DNA from: an uncultured Acidobacteriota bacterium
GTDB lineage: Bacteria; Acidobacteriota; Thermoanaerobaculia; UBA5066; DATFVB01
Direction: 5' to 3'
Length of the DNA stretch: 64,000 nucleotides
Assembly: GCA_963813155.1 (NCBI GenBank)
Contig: CAWEYG010000005.1
Location: 1-64,000, forward strand
The notes below the pieces were generated by a model, which did not search any database, was not told the origin of the DNA, and was given only the letters and a program-made list of their open reading frames with translations. The position numbers were made by a program, and so were the translations under genes. Positions within the stretch are counted from its first letter, which is position 1; every line of letters begins with the position of its first letter. Shown piece by piece: positions 20,251 through 29,719 of the stretch.

Positions 20251-21339
20251 GTGTCCTCTCCTGCGCCGGTCCGGCGAATCCTTCACGTCGACATGGACGC
20301 CTTCTATGCCTCGGTTGAGCAGAGGGACGACCCCGGGCTGGCCGGCCGCCCGATCGCCGTCGGCGGAAGGCCGGAGGGCCGGGGCGTCGTCGCCGCCTCG
20401 AGCTACGAAGCCCGGCGATTCGGGGTTTTTTCCGCGATGCCCATGTCTCGCGCCGTCCGCCTGTGTCCCGACCTGGTCGTCGTCCCGCCACGTTTCGCCC
20501 GGTACCGGGAAGTGTCGCGACAGGTCTTCGCGATCTTTCGATCCGCCACGCCGCTCGTCGAGCCGCTCTCTCTCGACGAGGCCTACCTCGACGTCACGGA
20601 AAACCTCTGGGAAATCCCCCTCGGCGTCGATGTGGCGCGGAGGCTGAAGAAGGAAATCCGCGAGACGACGGGCCTGACGGCGTCCGCCGGCGTGGCGCCC
20701 AACAAGTTTCTCGCGAAGATCGCATCCGGCTGGAAAAAGCCCGACGGCCTGACCGTGATCGCTCCGTCGCGAGTCGAGGCCTTCCTCCGCAAGCTCCCCG
20801 TCGAGGCGCTCTGGGGGGTGGGCCCGGTCACAGCGGGAAAACTTCGCTCGATCGGAGTCTCCCGGCTGATCGACGTGCGCGCGGCGGAGGATGACGCCCT
20901 TCGCTCCGCGGTGGGGTCGCAGGCGGAGGCTCTTCGCCGGTTTTCACGCGGCGAAGACGGCCGGCCGGTCGTCCCCGACCGGGAAACGAAATCCGTCAGC
21001 TGCGAAACGACCTACTCCGCCGACCTGGCCGACCTCTCTGAAATTCGCTCCCAGGTCGAAGAGCTCGCCCGGCAGACGTACGAACGATCCGTGCGAAGCG
21101 CTTTTCCCGGCCGCTGCGCGACGCTGAAAGTTCGCTACTCCGACTTCCGGACGGTCACGCGCAGCCGGACTTCCGCGCGGGCGTTTGCCTCCGGCGACGC
21201 GCTCGCGGCCGCCGCGCTGGAACTGCTCGATCGGACCGAAGCAGGCGCGCGGCCGGTCCGCCTGCTCGGCGTCGGTCTCCACAACGCGCAGCAACCGGGC
21301 GACCCGGGCCCCCAGCTGCGGCTGCCGGAGGGCGGCTGA
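20251..21339 (+). CDS. dinB: DNA polymerase IV
   Basis: ILHVDMDAFYASVE, SYEARRFGV, SLDEAYLD, SAGVAPNKFLAKIAS, KPDG. Confidence 0.95.
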   Translation: MSSPAPVRRILHVDMDAFYASVEQRDDPGLAGRPIAVGGRPEGRGVVAASSYEARRFGVFSAMPMSRAVRLCPDLVVVPPRFARYREVSRQVFAIFRSATPLVEPLSLDEAYLDVTENLWEIPLGVDVARRLKKEIRETTGLTASAGVAPNKFLAKIASGWKKPDGLTVIAPSRVEAFLRKLPVEALWGVGPVTAGKLRSIGVSRLIDVRAAEDDALRSAVGSQAEALRRFSRGEDGRPVVPDRETKSVSCETTYSADLADLSEIRSQVEELARQTYERSVRSAFPGRCATLKVRYSDFRTVTRSRTSARAFASGDALAAAALELLDRTEAGARPVRLLGVGLHNAQQPGDPGPQLRLPEGG

Positions 21340-21351
21340 CGGCTCGTTCCG

Positions 21352-21718
21352 CTACGCGCAGTGTTCCCGGACGACGCCGAGGAGCGACGTCGAGATCGAA
21401 AGGCTTCCGGAGGGCGACCGCGCCGCGCGCGGAAAACTCCCGAAACACGTCGGGATCTCCGGTCATGAAGATCACGGGGATTTCCCTGAGCCGGGCGTCT
21501 TTCTCACGGTGCCGAAGGAATTCGAGCCCGCTCATCAGCGGCATCCGTTCGTCCAGAAGGATCACGCACGGTTTCGGGCTCGTGAGCGCGGCCTGAATGG
21601 CCTCGAAACCGTTCGTCGCCGTGGCGATGAGGAACCCCTCGCCTCGCAAGAGCTCCTCGAGGACCTCCCTTGTGTCGTTGTCGTCGTCCACGACCAGGAC
21701 AGGCCGAATGGCGGACAT
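21352..21718 (-). CDS. Single-domain response regulator, frameshift near 21387
   Basis: VLVVDDD, ILLDERMPLMSG, KPFD; removing one base gives the normal end LLGVVREHCA* at 21352. Confidence 0.85.
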
Positions 21719-21782
21719 GTTTGCCTCCTTCCCAGTTGTTTCCGTAGCCCAGCCGAGAAACGGTGTCCCGTCCGGGAATAAG

Positions 21783-21798
21783 GCAAGGGGCGTGCCAG
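21783..21798 (-). promoter_or_regulatory. sigma54 promoter
   Basis: Minus strand CTGGCACGCCCCTTGC, a near-perfect YTGGCACG-N4-TTGC, upstream of the response regulator. Confidence 0.8.
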
Positions 21799-21818
21799 CC
21801 CTCTGGAATCGCGCCGAG

Positions 21819-22781
21819 TCAGTCGATTCCGCAGGCCTTGCGGGCGCGGGCGAGAGTGGCCGAAGCGATCGACCTCGCTTTTTTCGCTCCGGCGCTCAAG
21901 ACGTCCGCGACGTCGTCCGGCCTCTTCGCGAGCTCTCGCCGGCGCTCGCGCGCCGTGCCGAATCGCTCGTCCAGGAGAGCGATCAATCGATTTTTCACAT
22001 CGGCGTATTTCAGGCCGCCCGCGAGAAACCGTTCGCGCCATTGCTGCGTCTCCTCGGGAGTCGCGAAGAATTTCAGCAGGTTGAAGACGTTGTTCGCGTC
22101 GGGGTCTTTCGGCGCGTCGACGGCGGCCGAATCGGTCACGATCGCCATGACCCGCTCCCGGAGCGCCTTTCCTTCGAGAAAGATCCCGATGTCGTTTCCG
22201 TACGACTTGCTCATCTTCTGGCCGTCGATTCCCGGCACGAGACCGGCCTCCGGCAGGATCCTCTCCTGCGGCAGCTTGAGAACTTCCCCGTAGAGGTGGT
22301 TGAAGCTGCCGGCGATGTCGCGGGCGACCTCGACATGCTGCTTCTGATCCTTCCCGACCGGCACCAGGTCGGCGTCGACGATCAGGATGTCGGCGGCCAT
22401 CAGCACCGGATAGGAGAACAGGCCGTGATCCGGGGCGATCCCTTTCCCGATCTTGTCCTTATAGGAGGTGCACCGCTCGAGCAACCCCATCGGAGTGACC
22501 GTCGTCAGCAGCCAGGTGAGCTCCGGAACCTCGTGGATGTCCGATTGCCGGTAAAAGCTGGCCCGGGACGGATCGAGCCCGAGCGCGAGGTAGTCGAGCG
22601 CGACGTCTCGAACGTTTTCCCGAAGCGCCTGCGGCTCCTTGACCGTCGTCAGCGCGTGCAGGTCGGCGATGAAATAGAACGCATCGCCCTTCTCCTGAAG
22701 GTCCAGGTGCTGGCGGATCGCTCCGAGATAATTTCCGAGGTGAAGCTTGCCCGAGGGCTGAATCCCCGACAGAATTCTCAT
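21819..22781 (-). CDS. trpS: Tryptophan--tRNA ligase
   Basis: SGIQPSGKLHLGNY, YPVLMAADIL, VPVGKDQKQH, KMSKS. Confidence 0.97.
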   Translation of the reverse strand: MRILSGIQPSGKLHLGNYLGAIRQHLDLQEKGDAFYFIADLHALTTVKEPQALRENVRDVALDYLALGLDPSRASFYRQSDIHEVPELTWLLTTVTPMGLLERCTSYKDKIGKGIAPDHGLFSYPVLMAADILIVDADLVPVGKDQKQHVEVARDIAGSFNHLYGEVLKLPQERILPEAGLVPGIDGQKMSKSYGNDIGIFLEGKALRERVMAIVTDSAAVDAPKDPDANNVFNLLKFFATPEETQQWRERFLAGGLKYADVKNRLIALLDERFGTARERRRELAKRPDDVADVLSAGAKKARSIASATLARARKACGID

Positions 22782-22903
22782 ACCGCGGCGTCCCTCTGAA
22801 AGACGCAAGCCTAGCAGACTGCTAGTGTCCCGGAACGGAAATAGCCAGCCGAGAACCGCCCGCTCGCCTTGACTTTTTTCACACCGATCTCTAACGTCCG
22901 ATC

Positions 22904-23290
22904 ATGCGCGGAGACGACGTCATCGTGGTGCTGACTTCGGTTGGAACGGAGCAACAGGCCCTCGACATCGGCGAGGCCCTTGTCCGGCGCCGCTATGCGA
23001 CGTGCGTGAACCTCGTCCCGTCGACCCGCTCCATTTACCGCTGGAAGGGAACCGTCTGCGAGGACAGCGAATTTCTGCTGGTCATCAAGACGCTCGCGCG
23101 CGAATTCGAGGCCGTCGCGCACACGATCCGCGAGATCAACTCCTACGAGCTTCCGGAGATCCTGTCTTTCGAGATTCGCGACGGCGACGCGAAGTTCTGC
23201 GCCTGGGTCGCGGCAATGGTGGAGAAGCCGAAACCCCGCGTCCGAAAGAAAAAACCCTCGAGTACCTCTCGCGCCCTAAAGCGCCGCTAG
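22904..23290 (+). CDS. cutA: Divalent-cation tolerance protein CutA
   Basis: ATCVNL, SIYRWKG, E-x-LLVIKT, SYELPEI. Confidence 0.9.
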   Translation: MRGDDVIVVLTSVGTEQQALDIGEALVRRRYATCVNLVPSTRSIYRWKGTVCEDSEFLLVIKTLAREFEAVAHTIREINSYELPEILSFEIRDGDAKFCAWVAAMVEKPKPRVRKKKPSSTSRALKRR

Positions 23291-24415
23291 AGCGCGATCC
23301 AGGTCGTCCCGCAGGTCTTCCTCGTCCTCAATTCCGACGGAGACGCGAACGAGTCCCGGCGTGATGCCGAGCCGCTCGCGATCCTCTTCGGGAACCGAGG
23401 CATGCGTCATCGTCGCGGGATGGCAGATGAGCGTTTCGACCCCGCCCAGGCTCTCGCCGAGCGAGCAGATCCGCACCGAGTCCAACAGCTTCTTCGCGTT
23501 GTCGTACGAGCCGAGCTCGAAGGAGATGAGCGCGCCGAACCCGGACATCTGTTTTTTCGCGAGGTCGTGCTGCGGATGCTGTGGCAGACCCGGGTAGAAA
23601 ACCTTCTTCACTTTCGGATGGCGGTCGAGAAACGCCGCGATCGCCCGGCCGTTGGATTCGTGCCGTTCCATCCGGACGGCCAGGGTCTTGACGCCGCGAA
23701 GGACGAGCCACGAATCGAAGGGCGACAGGATCGCGCCGGCCGAGTTCTGCACGAACCCGATCCATTCGTCGAGCTCCCGCGTCTTCGAGATCACCGCGCC
23801 GCCGACCGAATCGGAGTGGCCGTTCAGGAATTTCGTCGTCGAGTGGACCACCAGGTCGGCCCCGAGCTCGAGCGGCCTTTGAAAGTAGGGGCTCGCAAAC
23901 GTGTTGTCGACGAGCACGAGCGCCCCGGCGCCCTTCGCGAGCTCGCTGATCCGGCGGATGTCGCACAGCGACATCATGGGGTTCGTCGGCGTTTCGAGAT
24001 GCACGTATCGGGTGTTCTTGCGAAGGCTGCGCTCGACGAGCGCGAGATCGCGCGTGTCGATGAACGTGAAATCGATGCCCTGCGAGGCGAGGATCTTCGT
24101 GTAGAGCCGGAACGTTCCGCCGTACGTGTTGTCCGAAACGAGGACGTGATCGCCCGCTTTCGCGAACGTCGCGACCGCGGAGATCGCGGCCATTCCCGAG
24201 GCGAAGCACCGCGCCGCCGCGCCCTTTTCCAGGACCGCGAGATTTTCTTCCAGCGCTTTCCGGGTCGGGTTCTGCGTCCGGGCGTATTCGAAGCCCTTGT
24301 GCCGGCCCAGCTCCGGCTGCACGTAGGTCGAGGTCTGGTAGATCGGAACCGAAACGGCGCCGGTCGTCGGATCCGGCTCGTTGCCGGCATGGATCGCGTC
24401 GGTCGAGAAGCCCAT
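23276..24415 (-). CDS. Cystathionine gamma-lyase/gamma-synthase (MetB/MccB family)
   Basis: PIYQTSTY, YARTQNPT, ETPTNP, VDNTF, HSTTKFLNGHSD, ESLGGVE. Confidence 0.93.
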   Translation of the reverse strand: MGFSTDAIHAGNEPDPTTGAVSVPIYQTSTYVQPELGRHKGFEYARTQNPTRKALEENLAVLEKGAAARCFASGMAAISAVATFAKAGDHVLVSDNTYGGTFRLYTKILASQGIDFTFIDTRDLALVERSLRKNTRYVHLETPTNPMMSLCDIRRISELAKGAGALVLVDNTFASPYFQRPLELGADLVVHSTTKFLNGHSDSVGGAVISKTRELDEWIGFVQNSAGAILSPFDSWLVLRGVKTLAVRMERHESNGRAIAAFLDRHPKVKKVFYPGLPQHPQHDLAKKQMSGFGALISFELGSYDNAKKLLDSVRICSLGESLGGVETLICHPATMTHASVPEEDRERLGITPGLVRVSVGIEDEEDLRDDLDRALAAL

Positions 24416-24428
24416 CAGGCAAGTCCCA

Positions 24429-25358
24429 TCAAGCCAGGATCCCCTGTTCGGGATAACGCTCGGCCATGTCGGGAAAAACCGTCACGACGGTCTTGTCGGG
24501 CCCGAGCCGGCGCGCGATCTGCCGGCCGGCCGCCGCGGCCGCCCCCGAGGAGCCGCCGCCGAGGATCCCCTCCGTTCGCCCGAGCTCGCGGCAGACCGCG
24601 AACGCCTCGTCGTCGGGAATCATGAGCGAGTCGTCGATGAGACTCCGGTCGAGAATTTCGGGGAAAAACGACAGGCCGATCCCTTCGACGTCGTGCTTTC
24701 CCGGCTCTCCCCCCTTCAGGATCGAGCCCTGGGGTTCCACCGCGACGCGGAGGAGATTCGGGTTCTTTTCGCGGAGAAAACGCGCGCATCCGACGAACGT
24801 CCCGGTCGAGCCGACGCCGAGAACGATCGCATCCACCTTGCCCTCGCACTGCTCGTAGATTTCGGGTCCGGTCGTCTCGTAATGGGCCCGCGGGTTGCTC
24901 GGATTCCGGAATTGCTGGGGCATGAAGGCATCGGGCCGCGCAGCGGCGATTTCCTCGGCTTTCGCGATCGCGCCGCGCATCCCCTTCGACTCTTCCGTTC
25001 GGACGATGACCGCGCCGAGACCTTCCATGACCTTGACCTTGCCGTGCGCGTAGCCCTCCGGAACGACGAGGATCGCCGTGTATCCCTTCGCGGCGGCGAT
25101 CATCGCGAGCCCGACCCCCGTATTCCCGGAAGTCGGCTCGACGATCGTGCCGCCGGGTTTCAAGGCGCCGCTCCGCTCCGCGTCTTCGATCATCGACTTC
25201 GCGATCCGGTCCTTGACGCTCCCCCCGGGGTTCAGGAACTCGAGCTTCGCGCGCAGGTCGAGCCCTGCGGCGAAACGGCGCAATCGGACGAGCGGGGTGT
25301 TTCCGACCGTTCCGATCACGGATTCACAGGCGCGGAGTCGCATTGTCGCGGTGGGCAT
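24429..25358 (-). CDS. cysK: Cysteine synthase / O-acetylserine-dependent cystathionine beta-synthase family
   Basis: GNTPLV, KLEFLNPGGSVKDR, EPTSGNTG, QF-x-NPSN, GVGSTGT, EGIG. Confidence 0.9.
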   Translation of the reverse strand: MPTATMRLRACESVIGTVGNTPLVRLRRFAAGLDLRAKLEFLNPGGSVKDRIAKSMIEDAERSGALKPGGTIVEPTSGNTGVGLAMIAAAKGYTAILVVPEGYAHGKVKVMEGLGAVIVRTEESKGMRGAIAKAEEIAAARPDAFMPQQFRNPSNPRAHYETTGPEIYEQCEGKVDAIVLGVGSTGTFVGCARFLREKNPNLLRVAVEPQGSILKGGEPGKHDVEGIGLSFFPEILDRSLIDDSLMIPDDEAFAVCRELGRTEGILGGGSSGAAAAAGRQIARRLGPDKTVVTVFPDMAERYPEQGILA

Positions 25359-25384
25359 GTCAAACGGGCCGAAATCGTAACACG

Positions 25385-25413
25385 AAAAAAAAAGCGGAGG
25401 GTTGCCCCTCCGC
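25385..25413 (-). terminator. Rho-independent terminator
   Basis: GCGGAGGG-GCAA-CCCTCCGC followed by a T9 tract on the minus strand. Confidence 0.9.
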
Positions 25414-25435
25414 GGATTTTCAAACGGGATCGAAC

Positions 25436-25738
25436 TCAGTAGGCCTGGGAGGTCGGCTGCCGGCGCGACTGGTAGCAGTCGCGGCAGTAGACCGGCTTTC
25501 CGTTGGTCGGGTTGAAGGGAACCTGCGTCTGCTTTCCGCAAGCGTCGCAAGTGACCGTGTAGAGGGTCCGCTCGCGCGAATCCCCGCCGGCGGTCTTGCG
25601 CTTGTCGCGGCAAACCTTGCAGCGCTTCGGCTCGTTGGTGAAACCTTTGCGCGCGTAAAACTCCTGATCGTCGGCCGAGAAGAGAAACGTCGCGCCGCAA
25701 TCGACGCAGGTGAGGTTCTTGTCCGTAAACTGGTTCAT
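25436..25738 (-). CDS. Zinc-ribbon / CxxC-x17-CxxC domain protein
   Basis: DKNLTCVDCG..F.FS..QEFY..KGF.NEPKRCKVCR and CDACG...VPFNP..GKPVYCRDCY. Confidence 0.92.
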   Translation of the reverse strand: MNQFTDKNLTCVDCGATFLFSADDQEFYARKGFTNEPKRCKVCRDKRKTAGGDSRERTLYTVTCDACGKQTQVPFNPTNGKPVYCRDCYQSRRQPTSQAY

Positions 25739-26096
25739 AGTAGTTTCTAGTGACTCCCGGGGATTTCACTCCCCAAAAAATTTCGTTTCAGATGCAACCC
25801 GGCGCCTCGCGCCGGAAGGGGAAGATTGACCGCCTCGAGTCGAGTGTCGGCGGGGCGATCCCAGGCCCCGAGATTTCTAAAGCGACCGACCCCCTTTCGC
25901 GAAAACTGCTCCGCCTCGCGCGTGGATCAAGTATCTTGCGTAGTGGGATTCGGCGGATGGGTACAAAGCTGTAACTCTTGGCTCGGTCAAATGTTGAGAT
26001 GGCGGAAGGCTACCAGACAATCCTCCGACACGCAACCGGGCACAGCCTGCGCCGGCACCCGGCGCGGATGGGCGACATCAAGAGGTCTGGAATGTG

Positions 26097-26909
26097 TTAG
26101 TTACCGAGAAGGCCGTCCGCCGGGGAAGAAGCCGTGGCATACCGCTTCCGCGAGATACGGCCGGCTCGGAAGGCCGCGCGACCCGCCGAAACGCCCTCTT
26201 TCATGGCCCGGGCCATCGCGACGGGGTCGCGCGCTCCCGCGATTCCGGTGTTCATCAGCACGGCGGCGACGCCGAGCTCCATCGCCACACAGGCGTCCGA
26301 CGCCGTGCCCACTCCGGCGTCCACGACGACGGGCACTTTCGCCCGTTCCAGAATGATCGCGAGATTGTTCCGATTCTGAATTCCGAGGCCTGAGCCGATC
26401 GGCGCGCCCAGAGGCATGACCGCCGCGGCGCCGGCGTCCTCGAGCTTCCGGCAGACGATCGGATCGTCGGACGTGTAGGGAAAGACCGTGAACCCTTCCT
26501 TCACCAGGATCCGCGTCGCCTTCAACAGCTCCTCGTTGTCCGGGTAAAGCGTCTGCTCGTCGCCGAGGACCTCGAGCTTGATCCAGTCGGACAGACCGAC
26601 TTCTCGTCCCAGGCGGGCGGCTCGGACGGCGTCGTCCGCCGTGTAGCAACCGGCCGTGTTCGGGAGGATCGTCATCGACGGGGGCAGGAAATCGAGCAGC
26701 GACTCCTTCGTGCGGTCGGTCAGGTTCACGCGCCGCACCGCCACCGTGACGATTTCCGAGCCCGAGGCCTCGAGGGCTTCCTTCATCAGCGGAAACGTCG
26801 CGTATTTCCCCGTCCCGACGATGAGTCGGGACCGAAAAGACTTCCCTCCGAGCGACAGCACGTCGCCGGCGGCGCCCGCCTCGACGGAAGCCTCGACTTC
26901 CAGACTCAC
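26097..26909 (-). CDS. thiG: Thiazole synthase
   Basis: [45 protein letters not shown]. Confidence 0.96.
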   Translation of the reverse strand: MSLEVEASVEAGAAGDVLSLGGKSFRSRLIVGTGKYATFPLMKEALEASGSEIVTVAVRRVNLTDRTKESLLDFLPPSMTILPNTAGCYTADDAVRAARLGREVGLSDWIKLEVLGDEQTLYPDNEELLKATRILVKEGFTVFPYTSDDPIVCRKLEDAGAAAVMPLGAPIGSGLGIQNRNNLAIILERAKVPVVVDAGVGTASDACVAMELGVAAVLMNTGIAGARDPVAMARAMKEGVSAGRAAFRAGRISRKRYATASSPADGLLGN

Positions 26910-27286
26910 GCCGAGACTCCCTGAAGCTCCCGCTCCTTCAGTTTCGAAACGCGGTTGGCTTCGTCCACGAAGACGAGCTTCGGAGCCTTTCTCGGCTCGC
27001 CGACCTCGACGGTGCCGTAGGCGGCGATGATGACGAGGTCGCCGGGCGACACGAGCCTGGCCGCTGCGCCGTTCACCGATATCGTTCCGGAAAATTCGGG
27101 AGCCTCGATCGCATAGGTCGCGAAGCGGGACCCGTTCGTGACGTCGTAAACCTCGACGCGGTCGTACTCTTCGATCTCCGACGCCCGAAGCAGCGCCGCG
27201 TCGATGCCGATCGACCCTTCGTATTCGGGCCGGGCTTCGGTAACTGTCGCGCGGTGGATTTTTCCCCGGAGCACTTCCTTTTTCAT
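26906..27286 (-). CDS. panD: Aspartate 1-decarboxylase
   Basis: [16 protein letters not shown] cleavage site, [14 protein letters not shown]. Confidence 0.95.
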   Translation of the reverse strand: MKKEVLRGKIHRATVTEARPEYEGSIGIDAALLRASEIEEYDRVEVYDVTNGSRFATYAIEAPEFSGTISVNGAAARLVSPGDLVIIAAYGTVEVGEPRKAPKLVFVDEANRVSKLKERELQGVSA

Positions 27287-28122
27287 GATTCTCCCTCGAT
27301 CAGAACATTGTCGAGCAGCCGAACCTTCCCGAGCCGGACGGCCGAGACGAGGGCCGCGCCGGGGCGGTTTTCGCCGAGATGATCCATCGACACCGGGTCG
27401 ACGAGCTCGGCGTAGTCGACGGCAAACCCCGAGGCCTCGAGCCGCTCCCGGACTTCGGACTCCGTCTGCTGCGCGCTCTCGCCGGCGGAGATCCGCGCCG
27501 CCGCTTCGAACAGCGCCCGCGGGAGCTCCGCGGCCCGGCGCCGTTCTTCGGCGGAAAGATAGACGTTTCGCGAGGAACGGGCGAGCCCGTCGGGCTCCCG
27601 CGAGATCGGGGCGACGACGAGCCGGACGGGAAAATCGAGATCCGCGATCATCCGGCGAACGACGGCGCACTGCTGAAGGTCCTTGCGGCCGAAGATCGCC
27701 GCGGCCGGCTCGACCGCGTGAAAGAGTTTCGCGACGACCGTCGCGACTCCCGCGAAGTGACCCGGCCGCACCGCGCCTTCGAGACGTTCCGAAACGCGAG
27801 AAACCGCGACCGAAGTCGAGAACCCTTCCGGATACAGCTCCTCCGCCGGCGGAGCGAAAACGAGGTCGGCTCCCTCCGCCTCCAGGAGATCGAGGTCGCG
27901 CCCGTACGCGCGCGGGTATTTCTCGTAGTCCTCTCCCGGCGCGAACTGAAGCGGGTTCACGAAGATCGAGACGACCGTCGCCGGCGCGTGCTCGCGGGCG
28001 AGCCGGACGAGCGAGAGGTGCCCTTCGTGGAGCGCGCCCATCGTCGGGACGAAGGCGACTTCGCCCGAACGGCGCAACGGCGCGAGCTCCCGTCGAAGCT
28101 CCTCGACGGAGCGGGCTTCCAT
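27283..28122 (-). CDS. panC: Pantoate--beta-alanine ligase
   Basis: [45 protein letters not shown]. Confidence 0.96.
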   Translation of the reverse strand: MEARSVEELRRELAPLRRSGEVAFVPTMGALHEGHLSLVRLAREHAPATVVSIFVNPLQFAPGEDYEKYPRAYGRDLDLLEAEGADLVFAPPAEELYPEGFSTSVAVSRVSERLEGAVRPGHFAGVATVVAKLFHAVEPAAAIFGRKDLQQCAVVRRMIADLDFPVRLVVAPISREPDGLARSSRNVYLSAEERRRAAELPRALFEAAARISAGESAQQTESEVRERLEASGFAVDYAELVDPVSMDHLGENRPGAALVSAVRLGKVRLLDNVLIEGES

Positions 28123-28127
28123 GAGGC

Positions 28128-28967
28128 TCAGTGGACCCTCCGAAGCGGAGGCGCGTCCGAGACGAAGGTCTCCTCGGCCGAAGGGAACTCCCCGGACCGG
28201 ACGTCCTCCGAGAACCGTCTCGCGGCGGCGCGAATCACTTCTCCCAACTCCGCGTAACGGCGCACGAACTTCGGCCGGAAATCGCCGGACAGTCCGAGGA
28301 GATCGTGGAAGACGAGAACCTGTCCGTCGCACCGCGGGCCCGCCCCGATCCCGATCGTCGGAACGGAAAGCTCGCCGGTGATCCTCGCGGCGAGCGACTC
28401 GGGCACGCACTCCAGCACGATCGAGAAACATCCGGCCCGCTCGAGGGCGACCGCGTCCTCGAAGATTTCCTCGGCGGAGTCGCGCGATTTTCCCTGCACC
28501 TTGAAGCCGCCGAACTTCCGGAACGATTGCGGCGTCATTCCGACGTGGCCCATCACCGGGATATCGGCCGCGAGGATCGCCTCGACCGACGGCAGGACGC
28601 GCCGCCCGCCCTCGACCTTCACGGCGGCGACGCCCGCCTCCGCGAGGAAGCGCCCGGCGTTCCGGACCGCGTCCGCGGGGCTCGCCTGGTAGGAGAGAAA
28701 GGGCATGTCCCCCACGACGAGCGCGCGGCGAGTCGCCCGGGCCACCGCCCGGGCGTGCCGGACCATGACGTCCATCTGCGCGGTCAACGTGGAAGATTCG
28801 CCGTACACGGCCATCTCGACCGAGTCGCCGACCAGCAGGATGTCGACGCCCGCTTCGTCGAGGAGCTTCGCCGACGGCGCATCGTAGGCCGTCAGCATGG
28901 CGATTCGCTCGTGTCCTTTTTTGGCGGCGATGTCCCGGACGGAAACGGACTTTCCGATCTCGCTCAC
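28128..28967 (-). CDS. panB: 3-methyl-2-oxobutanoate hydroxymethyltransferase
   Basis: MLTAYD, LVGDS, DMPFLSY, VKVEGG, GHVGMTPQ, TIGIGAG, DGQVLV. Confidence 0.97.
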   Translation of the reverse strand: MSEIGKSVSVRDIAAKKGHERIAMLTAYDAPSAKLLDEAGVDILLVGDSVEMAVYGESSTLTAQMDVMVRHARAVARATRRALVVGDMPFLSYQASPADAVRNAGRFLAEAGVAAVKVEGGRRVLPSVEAILAADIPVMGHVGMTPQSFRKFGGFKVQGKSRDSAEEIFEDAVALERAGCFSIVLECVPESLAARITGELSVPTIGIGAGPRCDGQVLVFHDLLGLSGDFRPKFVRRYAELGEVIRAAARRFSEDVRSGEFPSAEETFVSDAPPLRRVH

Positions 28968-28978
28968 GTTCGCTCCTT

Positions 28979-29070
28979 CCCTCCGGTCGGCCCCCGAAGG
29001 TCGCCGCCGGACAGGGCTCGTGATCTTGTCGACGCCGTATCGGTCCCGCTTATCGGGATCCGATCGGCAC
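28979..29070 (-). ncRNA. pan-motif-like cis-regulatory RNA (two tandem hairpins with bulged adenosines)
   Basis: Hairpin 1: GCCG AUCGG-A-UCCCG[AUAAG]CGGGA CCGAU-A-CGGC. Hairpin 2: UCCGG CGGC GA CC[UUCG]GG G GCCG-A-CCGGA. Lies directly 5' of panB. Confidence 0.7.
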
Positions 29071-29706
29071 GTAATATTGTACCCCTTTTTTCGTCTTCTG
29101 AATCTGCGCGACGAGGTCTTCGAAGTGCTCCGGCTTGTTGACGAAGTCGATGTCGTTGGTCTCGACGACGAGCAGCGGGGTTTCCTCGTAGTGGTAGAAG
29201 TAGTAGTTGTAGGCCTCGATCAACTGACGGACGTAATCGACCGAAATCGTTTTCTCGAAATTCAGCATCCTCTTCTTCAGCCGCTTGAGGCAGGTCTCGA
29301 GCGACCCCTGGAGGTAGATCACGAGGTCGGGCTTCGGAACGCTCTCGGAGAGCAGGTTGTAGAGCTTTTCGTAAATCAGCAGCTCCGAGTCGTTGAGGTT
29401 GAGGCAGGCGAAGATCTTGTCCTTCGGAAACGTGTAGTCCGCGACGACGAGCCCGGAGAAGAGGTCGATCTGGGCGATTTCCCGCTGCTGCTGGTAGCGG
29501 GAAAGAAGGAAGAAGAGCTGGGTCTGGAAGGCCGCGCCCTTCTTGTTCTTGTAGAAGTCGGGAAGAAACGGGTTGTCGATGTCTTCGAGGACCTTCACCC
29601 CTTCGAAACGCTTCGCGAGAAGTCCGACGAGCGAGGTCTTGCCGACGCCGATCGGGCCGTCAACGGCGATGTGGTGGAGGCCGAGCTCTCCCACGGACTT
29701 GTTCAT
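29050..29706 (-). CDS. Deoxynucleoside kinase
   Basis: IAVDGPIGVGKTSL, NPFLPDFY, FQTQLFFLLSR, PDLVIYL. Confidence 0.93.
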   Translation of the reverse strand: MNKSVGELGLHHIAVDGPIGVGKTSLVGLLAKRFEGVKVLEDIDNPFLPDFYKNKKGAAFQTQLFFLLSRYQQQREIAQIDLFSGLVVADYTFPKDKIFACLNLNDSELLIYEKLYNLLSESVPKPDLVIYLQGSLETCLKRLKKRMLNFEKTISVDYVRQLIEAYNYYFYHYEETPLLVVETNDIDFVNKPEHFEDLVAQIQKTKKGVQYYVPIGSR

Positions 29707-29719
29707 GGCGGGCCCAAGT

